Shown piece after piece: positions 8,424 through 18,523 of a stretch of 64,000 nucleotides of DNA. Location: positions 103,247-167,246 of the forward strand of contig CAMDKI010000004.1 of NCBI GenBank assembly GCA_945901065.1, given 5' to 3'. How positions within the stretch are numbered: the stretch's first letter is position 1; each line of letters begins with the position of its first letter. A program made the translations under genes and the position numbers. The stretch comes from Chitinophaga pinensis (GTDB lineage: Bacteria; Bacteroidota; Bacteroidia; Chitinophagales; CAIOSU01). Under the pieces are notes generated by a model. That model searched no databases. It had not been told where the DNA came from and saw only the letters and a list, made by a program, of their open reading frames with translations.

Positions 8424-11400
8424 ATGCGAAATTACCTGCTCTTACTTTCACTCGCTACTTTGTGTTTCCTTACAGGATTGTTTTATGCTCAGGGTTTGTC
8501 ATTGCCTATAGTCTCAGATAAACAAACCGAAACGGACAATAAGGATAGGGCCGCCGTAAATAACGTTTACGAAAGCAATGAGACAGACCCTATGCTGCCA
8601 GTGCATGATACTATGGCTGGGGTTACTTGGTCGGCGAATATGGCACCTCAGTATTTTGTGGAGAATTTAGGGCAATTTAATGACCGGTACGAGGGTGCTG
8701 GCAGCGATATACGATTTGCCATTGATGGTGGCGGCACCCAAATTTTTTTTAAGCCAAATGGGGTAGATTATTTTTTTGTAGAGCGAGTTAAAAACCCTGA
8801 CAGAAAAAAGGGAGATATGACAAAACCAAAAAAGGTAAGTAACAGCGACCTTTTTGGTTTTGTGTGGCAAGGTGCAAACCCAGCTGCCGAAATAGTAGGC
8901 AAAGACTTGGGGATGGCATACTACACTTATGCTATGCCAAAGAGACAAAATCCTATCAATCCTACTTTTGATAATGTAAGGGGTTTTGGTAAAATAACTT
9001 ACGAAGGGATATATGAAGGTATTGATGTAGAGTATACCATGCATCCTGAGGGTGGCATGAAGTACTCGTTGGTAGTGAAGCCAGGTGCTGATATTAGCCA
9101 AGTTAAAATGGCTTATCCTGCCGACCGGATGCTAAAGATTGATGAGTCGGGCAAGTTGCTGATAAGTACTTTGTATGGCGATATTGTAGAGCATGCACCA
9201 GTTACTTTTTACAATGGCAGCACCAAAGAACTAATAGCTTCAAAGTTTGTATTGCAAGGCAATGTAGTTTCGTTTGAATTGGAAGATTATGACCATTCTA
9301 GAGGCATCGTTATCGACCCTTGGGTACAAAGCCCTACTTTAACTAGCTCGAATTGTATTTGGGAGTGCGAGAGGGATGCTGCGGGTAACGTTTATGTTAT
9401 TGGTGGCGATGCCCCTATGAAGTTACTGAAATACAATGCTACGGGTACTTTGCTATGGACTTACGTTACGCCTTGGGACGCAACCCCTTCTGCTCCTGGC
9501 GAATCGGATGGTGATTGGCTGGGTAGCTTAGCAACCGATAGAAACGGCAACAGCTATATTACTCGGGGTTCTCTGGCAGCTATCCAAAAAATTAACACGG
9601 CGGGTGCTTTACAATGGAGTGTTGCTGGAACGTTGTTTAGCTCTGATGAGTATTGGACCATAGCCTTCAATTGCGACCAAACGAAGTTGGTTGTGGGTGG
9701 TACGCAGGGTGTTGGGCTCAATATTAAAGGGGCTCTTTTTGATATTAATGCCAGTAATGGTGCTATCATAAGCTATGTAATTGTTGGCACCAACAGGCCA
9801 TCTATTTTGCCGGGTGTGTTTAACGATGCTATGGAGGTTCGCTCCATTAGTTCCTCTCGCAACGGGCGGTATTTTTTTATGACTCTTGACTCGGTAGGTT
9901 CTGTAAATCAGAACTTTAGCGTTTGCAACAATCAGCCGTTATTTAACGAAAGCCACGGATATAAGCTTGGTTACAAATCAGAAGAGTATCGCCCCAGCAC
10001 TGGCAACGGTCCTAATTGTGCCATTAAGGCCAACGACAAATTTGTATACACCCATGGGGGCAATATTGTGCACAAAAGAGATTTAAACACAGGTGTTATT
10101 TTGGCTTCTGCAGCCATACCCGGCGGTATAAGCACCGTGCAATTTGGTTTTAGCCAACCAGGCAACAATGGCATTGATATTGATACTTGTGGGAACGTGT
10201 ATGTAGGCTCTGCGGATAGGGTTATAAAATATGATGCCAATTTGAACGTAATTTCTTCGGTAAATTTGCCGTTTCGTGCATTTGACGTGGCGGTTACCAC
10301 GGGCGGCGAAATTATTGTTTGTGGTGGAACGGGCACCTCATCAAGCACTACCCGCACGGGCTATGTGCAAGTATTAAACATGAATGCTTGCCCACAGTTT
10401 ACGCTAATTTGCTGCGATGCTACTATCTGCCCTGCTGGCCCAATTTGCGACATTGCCCCACCAATTACGCTCAACGCAGTAACCCCTGGTGGGGTGTGGA
10501 GTGGCCCGGGCATTACCAATACCACCACTGGCCAGTTCACCCCATCTGCAGCAGGCCCTGGAGTGCATCGCATTATATACACCCTTCCTTGCGGTCTTGA
10601 TTCAACTTTTATAACCGTTAATGCTTGCGCCAACCTAACGGTTTGTGTGCAGCCCAACGGAGACTACACCGTTTCAAATGGCACTGGTCCATACACTTGG
10701 CAGCGTGGAACACCATTTCAAAATTGCACAGGTTGCCCGCTAGGCAACTGTATTCCATTTATTTGTGCCGGTTTTGCTGACACCACTTGGACCACTTTTT
10801 CTACTAATACCACCGTTACGCCGCCGGGTACTTTTCCTATAAGAGTTACCGATGCAGCAGGCAACCGATTACGCATAACCAGTGCAGCCGGTATACCGCC
10901 CTGCACCACCTGCCCCAACATTACTACCACTATTACCAGCCAAACCAATATATCTTGCTCCCAGCCTACTGGCAGCGCCACGGTAAGCGCCAATGGCGGC
11001 ACAGCACCATACACTTACAATTGGCAGCCGGGCAACTTGAACGGTGCTGGGCAAACGGGCCTTGGGGCGGGTGCATACACCGTAATAGCTACCGATGCGG
11101 CAAGTTGTAAGGATACGCTAATAGTTACCATAACCAGTAGTGGCTCTATACCGAGTGTAACAGTTGCCACCACGCCTACTACTTGTGCCTTGGCCAATGG
11201 CTCAGCTACCGCAAACGTTACGGGTGGAACAGCACCATTTACCTATGCTTGGAGCCCCGGCGGTGGAAGCACCCAAACCATAACCAACCGAGCTTCGGGT
11301 ACATATACCGTTACGGTTACTGGTGTGGGTGGTTGCACGGCAACCGCACAGGGTACTATTGCCACATCTAGCGGCTTTACTACTGCGGTTACTACTACGC

Positions 11401-14240
11401 CATCAACTTGTACTGCTAATAATGGCACGGCTACGGCTATTAATACTGGTGGTACTAGTCCGTTTACCTATAGTTGGTCTCCGAGTGGTGGTAGTGCGGC
11501 TACCGCCAACAACTTGGCCCCAGGCCCATACACAGTGCAGGTAAACGATGGGAATGGATGCACAGCAACGGCTTCGGGCACAGTTACACAATCATCGGGT
11601 ACTTTGGCATTGAGCCTTACCAACCCCGTGAACCCTACTTGTGCTGGCAATAATGGCAGTATTACAGCTGGGTTGAGCGGCGGCACCGCGCCTTACACCG
11701 TAACCATTGATACAGGCGGCACCCCAATTGTGGTAAATGTGCCTTTTGCCATTAGCCAAACCATAAGCAACCTACCAGATGGCACCGTGAATGTTACGGT
11801 GGTTGATGCTCAAGGTTGCCAAGTGAGCAATTCGGCAACGTTGGCAGCACCTAACTGTTGCACGTTTACTGTATCAGCAGCACTTACGCAACCTACTTGT
11901 GGGCAAAGCAACGGTAGTATAGTGCTTACCGCTGCCAACGGCTCGGGTAACTACACCTACGCTTGGGCCAATGGCTCGGGCGCAGGCACCACAGCGAGCG
12001 GCATTGGTGCTGGCACTTATAGCGTAACCATTACCGATAATGGATTTGCGAACTGCTTTAAGGATACCACCTTTACCTTAAACTCAAACAGTAACTTAAG
12101 CCTTAGCCTTACCAACCCAGTAAACCCTACTTGTGCAGGGAATGACGGTAGCATAACTGCAACGCTCAGTGGCGGCACGGCCCCTTACACTGTAACTATT
12201 GACACCGGCGGTGCACCAATTGTGGTGAATGTGCCATTTGCCATTAGCCAAACCATAACCAACCTACCGGATGGCACAGTCAACGTAAGTGTGGTGGATG
12301 CGCAAGGTTGCCAAGCGAGCAATTCTGCCACGTTGGTTGCGCCAAACTGTTGCACGTTTACAGTATCGGCTGCACTTACCCAACCTACTTGTGCGCAGAG
12401 CAATGGTAGTATTGTTATTACACCGGCTAATGGTTCGGGCAACTACACTTATGTTTGGGCTAATGGTTCGGGTACCGGTAACACTGCCAATAACATTGGT
12501 GCGGGTGTTTACAATGTTACCATTACCGACAATGGCGTGGCCAACTGCTTTATTGATACTACATTTACCCTTACTTCAAACAGTTCATTGGCAATAAGCC
12601 TTACCAATCCTGTGAACCCAACTTGTGCGGGCAATGATGGTAGCTTAACTGTTGGGCTAAGTGGAGGCACTGCACCATACACCGTAACTATTGACACCGG
12701 AGGTACGCCATTTGTAATTAATGTACCTGTTGCTATATCGCAAACCCTTACCAACTTACCTGCAGGTACAGTGAACGTAACAGTAGCTGATGCTCAAGGT
12801 TGCCAAGCAAATAATACCGTAACATTAACTGCTCCAGCCAATTGCTGCTCTTTTAATATTTTGGCTGCTATTACCCAGCCAGCATGCGGGTTGAGTGATG
12901 GTAGCATAGTTATTACTCCGGCAAACGGCTCAGGGAACTATACTTACACTTGGGCCAATGGCTCAGGAACAGGCACAACGGCCAACAACCTAGCCGCTGG
13001 CAACTTTGCGGTAACCATTACCGACAATGGTTTTGCCAATTGCTTTATCGATACCTCATTTGCTTTAATCAATGCAAATGCACCAGCGATTGGGCTGGTC
13101 TCGCAAACCAATGTGGCATGCGCTGGAGATGCAACGGGTGCTATTACCGTCCAGGTTTCGGGTGGCACGGCGCCTTTTACAGTACTATGGAGCAATGGCG
13201 ATACCACGCTTGCCGTAAACGGTTTGGCCGATGGCGCTTATACGGTTTCGGTTACCGATGCCAATAGTTGTGCCTCAAATGCAACTTTTACCATTGCCGC
13301 GGGCACTGTGCTAGTATTGCAAACTATCATGACACCTATTGATTGCAACAACCCTAACGGCGGTAGCGCTGGTGTGGCCGTTACGGGTGGCACAGCACCA
13401 TACACCTATCTATGGAGCAATGCAGCTACTGCATCAACCCTAACGAATGTTACCGTTGGAACTTATACCGTGACTGTTACCGATGCGCAAGGGTGCGTGG
13501 CAGTTGATTCAGTTACTGTTACCGGCGACAGCATAGCTTCGTTTAGTCTTGGCCCTGATTTAACTATTTGTTTTGGCGATTCGTTAGTGTTAGGAACTGG
13601 CTTGGTTGGCACCGTATGGTCCACGGGCGATACGAGCGATTATTTGCTGGTAACTGATGCAGGGGTTTATATCGGAAGTATCTCCAATGGCAATTGCGCG
13701 AATAGTGACACCGTGAGTGTTTCAGTGGAGCAAATACCAAACGTTCCGCAATTGAATGTAAATGATACTATTGTTTGCGCAAGTGAAACCGTAATATTGC
13801 GGGTAGGCGATGAGGGTTATCTCTATGTTTGGTCAACGGGCGATACCGCGAGTCAAATTGTGGTGGATACACCAGGTATCTACATCGTTTCAGCCATAAA
13901 TGACTGTGGCGAAGTAAGCGCTGAGGCGTTGGTTACCGATGAAAACTGCGCTTGCCGCCTTTATTTGCCCAATGCTTTTTCTCCAAATGCCGATGGTGCG
14001 AACGATGTATTTAAAGCGTATAGCGTTTGTACTTACATTGAGGAATTTAACTTAACCGTCTTTGATAGATGGGGTGGGGTGGTATACAAATCGAACGACT
14101 TTATGGAGGTTTGGAACGGCACAAGTAAAGGCAAGGCATGCATACCGGGCGTATATGTTTATAGTTTGAGTTACCTTTCTCGCGAGAATGGTGTGCGCCA
14201 AATATATAGGCAGAAGGGCAGTGTTACTCTGTTGAGGTAG
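8424..14240 (+). CDS. giant cell-surface adhesin-like protein with beta-propeller (SBBP-type) repeats, SprB-type repeats and a T9SS type B (gliding-motility-associated) C-terminal sorting domain
   Basis: 1938 aa. It has a signal peptide (LLLLSLATLCFLTGLFYAQG) and SBBP-like motifs (DAAGNVYVIGG, DRNGNSYITRG, DTCGNVYVGSAD). Many ~75-aa units carry C-x-G/N-x-NGSATV-x-x-x-GGTAPYTY-x-W (SprB repeat pattern). The C-terminus YLPNAFSPNADGANDVFKAY...FDRWGGVVYKS...WNGT...GVYVYSL is the type B sorting-domain pattern. Confidence 0.9.
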   Translation: MRNYLLLLSLATLCFLTGLFYAQGLSLPIVSDKQTETDNKDRAAVNNVYESNETDPMLPVHDTMAGVTWSANMAPQYFVENLGQFNDRYEGAGSDIRFAIDGGGTQIFFKPNGVDYFFVERVKNPDRKKGDMTKPKKVSNSDLFGFVWQGANPAAEIVGKDLGMAYYTYAMPKRQNPINPTFDNVRGFGKITYEGIYEGIDVEYTMHPEGGMKYSLVVKPGADISQVKMAYPADRMLKIDESGKLLISTLYGDIVEHAPVTFYNGSTKELIASKFVLQGNVVSFELEDYDHSRGIVIDPWVQSPTLTSSNCIWECERDAAGNVYVIGGDAPMKLLKYNATGTLLWTYVTPWDATPSAPGESDGDWLGSLATDRNGNSYITRGSLAAIQKINTAGALQWSVAGTLFSSDEYWTIAFNCDQTKLVVGGTQGVGLNIKGALFDINASNGAIISYVIVGTNRPSILPGVFNDAMEVRSISSSRNGRYFFMTLDSVGSVNQNFSVCNNQPLFNESHGYKLGYKSEEYRPSTGNGPNCAIKANDKFVYTHGGNIVHKRDLNTGVILASAAIPGGISTVQFGFSQPGNNGIDIDTCGNVYVGSADRVIKYDANLNVISSVNLPFRAFDVAVTTGGEIIVCGGTGTSSSTTRTGYVQVLNMNACPQFTLICCDATICPAGPICDIAPPITLNAVTPGGVWSGPGITNTTTGQFTPSAAGPGVHRIIYTLPCGLDSTFITVNACANLTVCVQPNGDYTVSNGTGPYTWQRGTPFQNCTGCPLGNCIPFICAGFADTTWTTFSTNTTVTPPGTFPIRVTDAAGNRLRITSAAGIPPCTTCPNITTTITSQTNISCSQPTGSATVSANGGTAPYTYNWQPGNLNGAGQTGLGAGAYTVIATDAASCKDTLIVTITSSGSIPSVTVATTPTTCALANGSATANVTGGTAPFTYAWSPGGGSTQTITNRASGTYTVTVTGVGGCTATAQGTIATSSGFTTAVTTTPSTCTANNGTATAINTGGTSPFTYSWSPSGGSAATANNLAPGPYTVQVNDGNGCTATASGTVTQSSGTLALSLTNPVNPTCAGNNGSITAGLSGGTAPYTVTIDTGGTPIVVNVPFAISQTISNLPDGTVNVTVVDAQGCQVSNSATLAAPNCCTFTVSAALTQPTCGQSNGSIVLTAANGSGNYTYAWANGSGAGTTASGIGAGTYSVTITDNGFANCFKDTTFTLNSNSNLSLSLTNPVNPTCAGNDGSITATLSGGTAPYTVTIDTGGAPIVVNVPFAISQTITNLPDGTVNVSVVDAQGCQASNSATLVAPNCCTFTVSAALTQPTCAQSNGSIVITPANGSGNYTYVWANGSGTGNTANNIGAGVYNVTITDNGVANCFIDTTFTLTSNSSLAISLTNPVNPTCAGNDGSLTVGLSGGTAPYTVTIDTGGTPFVINVPVAISQTLTNLPAGTVNVTVADAQGCQANNTVTLTAPANCCSFNILAAITQPACGLSDGSIVITPANGSGNYTYTWANGSGTGTTANNLAAGNFAVTITDNGFANCFIDTSFALINANAPAIGLVSQTNVACAGDATGAITVQVSGGTAPFTVLWSNGDTTLAVNGLADGAYTVSVTDANSCASNATFTIAAGTVLVLQTIMTPIDCNNPNGGSAGVAVTGGTAPYTYLWSNAATASTLTNVTVGTYTVTVTDAQGCVAVDSVTVTGDSIASFSLGPDLTICFGDSLVLGTGLVGTVWSTGDTSDYLLVTDAGVYIGSISNGNCANSDTVSVSVEQIPNVPQLNVNDTIVCASETVILRVGDEGYLYVWSTGDTASQIVVDTPGIYIVSAINDCGEVSAEALVTDENCACRLYLPNAFSPNADGANDVFKAYSVCTYIEEFNLTVFDRWGGVVYKSNDFMEVWNGTSKGKACIPGVYVYSLSYLSRENGVRQIYRQKGSVTLLR
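11605..13080 (+). repeat. three tandem 492-nt (164-aa) near-identical repeat units inside the adhesin gene
   Basis: The LTNPVNPTCAGN(N/D)GS anchors start at nt 11617, 12109 and 12600/12601. Each unit reads LSLTNPVNPTCAGNDGSITA.LSGGTAPYTVTIDTGG.P.V.NVP.AISQT..NLP.GTVNV.V.DAQGCQ..N..TL.AP.CC.F...AA.TQP.C..S.GSIV.T.ANGSGNYTY.WANGSG.G.TA....AG...VTITDNG.ANCF.DT.F.L. Unit boundaries are arbitrary. Confidence 0.85.
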
Positions 14241-14392
14241 TTGTTAGTTAAGTACAATAAATATATAGTGTGCTTTGTGGCATAAACATTGGGCAATGTG
14301 GCAGTTCACGTGGCTATTGTTGTGCATTTACGCTACATTTTCTTATTATTGAGAGCTCATTTATTACCAGTACATAAAATCCCCAACAAGAA

Positions 14393-16192
14393 ATGGCTAA
14401 GCAGTATATCAGCATGCGCAATTTGCGCTTTTTGCTGTTTGATGTATTCAACGGTTTGGAACTTACTAAACTTGATTATTACAAAGACCACAACCAAGAT
14501 ACTTACGACATGACGCTGGATACGGCGAAGCAAATCAGCGATTCGCTTTTGTATCCGCTTTATGAAGAAATGGACCATAAGAAGCCAAAGTACGAAGACG
14601 GTACTATTAAAGTGCACCCTAAAGTGCGCGAGATAATGGAAACCTTTGGAGAAGGTGGATGGATAAATGCTCCAAAAGAGTTTGAGAAAGGTGGGCAGCA
14701 AATGCCCTATTTGCTGTTCAACCTGTCGGCCATGGTTTTCCATGCGGCCAATACTGCGGCAGTTGCGTTCCCTTACCTAACCGCAGGTGCTGCGAACTTG
14801 ATTGATAGCTTTGGCAGTAAAGAGCTTAAAGAAACCTATTTGGCTCACATGTGGGCAGGCAAATGGCAAGGTACTATGGCTCTAACCGAGCCACAAGCAG
14901 GTAGCTCGCTTACCGACATTACCAGCAGTGCAACCCCAACAGAGCATGGCTATTACAAAATAAAAGGCCAAAAAATATACATTTCTGGTGGCGACCACGA
15001 TGGAGTTGACAATATAGTTCACCTATACCTGGCTAAAATTGATGGTGCACCGGCCGGTACTAAGGGTATTTCGTTGTTTGTAGTACCTAAGTTCCGTCCT
15101 GAAAACGGAGGGTTGGTATTCAACAACGTTACCACTGCGGGTGCTTATGGCAAAATGGGCATTAAAGGAGCTCCAATAGCGCACATCATGGCAGGCGAGC
15201 AAGGCGATTGCCACGGCTACTTAGTAGGCGAGCCTCACAAGGGTTTGAGCTACATGTTCCGGATGATGAACGAAGCTCGTATTGGCGTTGGTCAGATATC
15301 AGCAGGCTTGGCTTCGGCGGCTTACTACGCATCATTGCAATATGCCAACGAGCGCCCCCAAGGCCGCCCGGTAAGTAACAAAGATGTTAATTTGCCGCAA
15401 TCCCTTATCATCAATCATGCCGATGTAAAGCGCATGTTGCTGTTGCAAAAGGCTGTAGTGGAAGGTTCTATTGCTCTTATTGCACAATGCTCGCTTTGGG
15501 CCGATATTGCTGAGCGCACCACTGGTGAAGAAGCAGAGAATGCTCACTTGCTATTGGAATTATTGACCCCTATTTGCAAAAGCTACCCTGCCGAAATGGG
15601 CATGTTGTCTATCAGCAATGGCTTGCAAGTATTGGGTGGAGCTGGTTTCTGCGATGATTTTCCATTACAGCAGCATTACCGCGATACACGCATCAACCCC
15701 ATATACGAAGGCACCACTGCCATTCACGGCATGGACTTGCTAGGCCGTAAAGTGCCTATGAAGGGTGGCAAAGCCGTAATGATTTTCAATGCCTTGGTAA
15801 ATGAGACCATTTTGGAGGCACAGTCGTTTGATTCCACTAAACCTTATGCCGATAAATTGGCCAAAACCCAAGAGAAGTTGGTGCAAATAACCATGCACTT
15901 GCTTAATGTGGCGCAAACCGAAACTCCTGAAGTGTTCTTGCGCGATGCAACCTTGTACCTAGAGTACTTCGGCCACTTTACCATTTCTTGGTTGTGGTTG
16001 AAAATGAGCGTGGCATCGGCAAAAGCTTTGGCCGAAAACCCGCAGGGCGAAGAGAAAAACTTCCACACGAGCAAGTTGCACACCCTGCGCTACTACTTTG
16101 AGTATGAGCTACCTAAAACCAAAGGCATACATGAGCGCTTAATGAGCGCCGACCAATTGACACTGGAAGTGGCGGCTGAGGAGATTGTGTAA
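14393..16192 (+). CDS. acyl-CoA dehydrogenase family protein (long, ~600-aa type)
   Basis: GTMALTEPQAGSSLTDI (substrate/FAD region), YISGGDHD, a NEARIGVG-type middle region and IYEGTTAIHGMDLLGRK (conserved C-terminal ACAD motif), plus an extra C-terminal helical extension. Confidence 0.9.
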   Translation: MAKQYISMRNLRFLLFDVFNGLELTKLDYYKDHNQDTYDMTLDTAKQISDSLLYPLYEEMDHKKPKYEDGTIKVHPKVREIMETFGEGGWINAPKEFEKGGQQMPYLLFNLSAMVFHAANTAAVAFPYLTAGAANLIDSFGSKELKETYLAHMWAGKWQGTMALTEPQAGSSLTDITSSATPTEHGYYKIKGQKIYISGGDHDGVDNIVHLYLAKIDGAPAGTKGISLFVVPKFRPENGGLVFNNVTTAGAYGKMGIKGAPIAHIMAGEQGDCHGYLVGEPHKGLSYMFRMMNEARIGVGQISAGLASAAYYASLQYANERPQGRPVSNKDVNLPQSLIINHADVKRMLLLQKAVVEGSIALIAQCSLWADIAERTTGEEAENAHLLLELLTPICKSYPAEMGMLSISNGLQVLGGAGFCDDFPLQQHYRDTRINPIYEGTTAIHGMDLLGRKVPMKGGKAVMIFNALVNETILEAQSFDSTKPYADKLAKTQEKLVQITMHLLNVAQTETPEVFLRDATLYLEYFGHFTISWLWLKMSVASAKALAENPQGEEKNFHTSKLHTLRYYFEYELPKTKGIHERLMSADQLTLEVAAEEIV

Positions 16193-16300
16193 AGGTTATT
16201 CCATGGCCTCAACGGTAATCGTTAACCATAACTTTACATCTGGCAGCCACAATTATATAGCAATTAATGTTAAATATGCACAACAACTAAAGCCTAATTT

Positions 16301-17302
16301 ATGCGCATGTTTGCTACTATCGCTTTGCTTTTAGGGACTTATGGTTTATTCGCCCAAGATAACAGTGTTACCACTGTTTCTATTTTGGGTTGCCATAGCC
16401 AAGATACCCCTGCGCCTACCATTCCATATTTAGTGAATACACTAAAACCCGATTATTGCGTTTGGGTAGGCGACAATGTATATGCTGATACCGATGATAA
16501 CCCGCAATATATACAAGACCAATTAAACCTGCTGGCTGCTAAGCCTGGCTTTAACCAGCTTAAAACGCAAAGCAAGTTTTTTGTAACTTGGGATGACCAT
16601 GATTATGGCAAAAACAACTACGGTAAGCGCTACAAGCTAAAAGAAGAAAGTAAACAAATACACCGCAAGTTTTGGATGCTGGAAAACGAGATACCAGCCA
16701 ATCATGATGGGATTTACTATTCGAAAATTGAAGTGCAGCCTAATGGCAAAAAGGTGCAGTTTATTATGCTGGATGGCCGTTTCAATAGAGATAGACCCAT
16801 TAAGCCAAACGGCGATGCATTTGGCAAAAACCAGTGGAAGTGGCTCGAAGCACAATTGCAGCAACCTGCCGATGTGCGGTTTTTGGTAAACGGCTATCAG
16901 ATATTACTTGAGAAACCCACCGAATGGGAGGCGCTCATTAAAATTGGGAAATCGCGTAAAAAGCTTATTGACCTGCTTAAAAAGTATAAAGTGAACAACG
17001 CCCTTTTTATCACTGGCGATCAACACTATGTAGAAATATTAGAGAGCGATAAAAAGCTGGGCTATCATACTTACGAAATTATGTCGGCAGGTATAAACAC
17101 AACTGAAGAGCCTGGTCATCCCGTAAACCGCGTGGCAGGTCCAGACTTAACAACACATGATGCTACCATCATCGAAATACATTGGCAAGCGGCTCCATAT
17201 CTGCAAGTAAAGACCTATAATGTGGAAACAGGCCAAGTAAATATCGATTATCGTATTGAATTGGGAGACATTGGTTGTAAAAGCGATTGCGATCAAAAAT
17301 AA
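16301..17302 (+). CDS. PhoD-like metallophosphatase (alkaline phosphatase D family), paralog 1
   Basis: Signal peptide, then VWVGDNVYADT, VTWDDHDYGKNN and FITGDQHY metallophosphatase motifs. Roughly two-thirds identical by eye to the 20766..21764 product. Confidence 0.8.
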   Translation: MRMFATIALLLGTYGLFAQDNSVTTVSILGCHSQDTPAPTIPYLVNTLKPDYCVWVGDNVYADTDDNPQYIQDQLNLLAAKPGFNQLKTQSKFFVTWDDHDYGKNNYGKRYKLKEESKQIHRKFWMLENEIPANHDGIYYSKIEVQPNGKKVQFIMLDGRFNRDRPIKPNGDAFGKNQWKWLEAQLQQPADVRFLVNGYQILLEKPTEWEALIKIGKSRKKLIDLLKKYKVNNALFITGDQHYVEILESDKKLGYHTYEIMSAGINTTEEPGHPVNRVAGPDLTTHDATIIEIHWQAAPYLQVKTYNVETGQVNIDYRIELGDIGCKSDCDQK

Positions 17303-17383
17303 ATAAGCCTTACCGCTTTAAATGTAAGTTCATAGTTGCTATTATGGGCTCTTATTTTGTTATTTAGCCTTCTACAGATAGTT

Positions 17384-18523
17384 ATGCACCTAGCCTTGGC
17401 TTTATTGAGTTTTCTGTTCTTCGCATCTAACCTTTGTGCTCAGGATAGTTACCTATTTATCGGTAGCTACACGAGCAATAAAGATGGCACCCCAACTGGA
17501 AGCAAAGGAGTTTATACCTATCGTTTCCACTCCGATACTGGAAAGTTGGATTCTATTGGTGTAGTTGATGCGGAAAGTCCTTCTTTTATCGCCGTTTCGG
17601 CCAACAATGATTACCTATATGCTGGCACCGATACCCGAACCAAAGGGGAGGGGAGTGTAAGTGCATTTGATATCAACAAATCAACGGGTAAGCTAACTTT
17701 TATCAACAAGCAACCTAGTGGTGGCAGCAATCCACTATATGTGGAAGTAGCGCCTAACAATACGCTGTTGTTAGCCGCAAATTATGGTAGTGGTAGCTTT
17801 TCCATGTTTAAATTGATGCCTGACGGTAGTATTTCCGAAAGAATGGGAGGGCAGCAATATAAAGGCAGCAGTATAAACCCCGAGAGGCAAGAGCAATCGC
17901 ACCCGCACATGGCTACCATTGTGCCCTACTCGCCGTTTATTATTGTTACCGATTTGGGAACAGATAAGGTGATGGTGTATTTTTCATTTAGCCAAAGTGG
18001 ACTTCAATTAAAAACCACTATTGATACTACTGGCGGGGCTATTATCGCTGGCAGTGGCCCAAGGCATATTGTGGTCGATCCAAAAGGCAAATATGCTTAT
18101 TTGTTGGAAGAGTTGAGCGGCACTATTGCGGTGTTTTCTTTTAATGTTGGCGATATGGCGCTGGTTGAGAGAGTAGCCATGCACCCTGAAAGCGTGCAAG
18201 GTCCTTTCAGTGGAGCCGACATCCATTTTTCGCCAGATGGAAATTACTTGTATGCTTCCAATAGAGGCAATGAAAACAACATCGTTATTTATAAGGTAAA
18301 CAAACGGTCCGGCAAGCTTGGGTTGGTTGGCTATCAATCAACTTTGGGCAGTACCCCCCGCAACTTCACCATCGACCCTACAGGCAACTATTTGCTGGTA
18401 GCCAACCAAAGCACCGGCAATGTGGTGGTGTTTAAACGGGACAATAAATCAGGGCTGCTTACCCCAACAGGCGAGACGATCAACGTGCCTCAGCCTTCAT
18501 GCTTAAAAATGATTTGGAAATGA
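17384..18523 (+). CDS. lactonase family protein (7-bladed beta-propeller, 6-phosphogluconolactonase-like)
   Basis: Trimmed from the TTG at 17336 to the ATG at 17384 (MHLALALLSFLFFASNLCAQDSYLFIGSYT...). Repeated blade motifs SPSFIAVS, NPLYVEVAP, GPRHIVVDP and TPRNFTIDPTGNYLLVANQ. Confidence 0.8.
   Translation: MHLALALLSFLFFASNLCAQDSYLFIGSYTSNKDGTPTGSKGVYTYRFHSDTGKLDSIGVVDAESPSFIAVSANNDYLYAGTDTRTKGEGSVSAFDINKSTGKLTFINKQPSGGSNPLYVEVAPNNTLLLAANYGSGSFSMFKLMPDGSISERMGGQQYKGSSINPERQEQSHPHMATIVPYSPFIIVTDLGTDKVMVYFSFSQSGLQLKTTIDTTGGAIIAGSGPRHIVVDPKGKYAYLLEELSGTIAVFSFNVGDMALVERVAMHPESVQGPFSGADIHFSPDGNYLYASNRGNENNIVIYKVNKRSGKLGLVGYQSTLGSTPRNFTIDPTGNYLLVANQSTGNVVVFKRDNKSGLLTPTGETINVPQPSCLKMIWK

Noticed and set aside
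8667-14000. Numerous 60-144-aa ORFs on both strands inside the 8424..14240 adhesin gene, and likewise inside 47866..53670, valS, groEL and the hybrid kinase.
   Set aside because: They lie in alternative frames or antisense to long, motif-rich genes. Their repetitive Gly/Thr/Ala/Pro-rich products mirror the internal repeats of the host gene.
14289-14743. Track ORFs 14289..14513 (+) and 14357..14743 (-) at the 5' end of the acyl-CoA dehydrogenase gene.
   Set aside because: They overlap the strongly supported ACAD gene and its upstream region, with no motifs.
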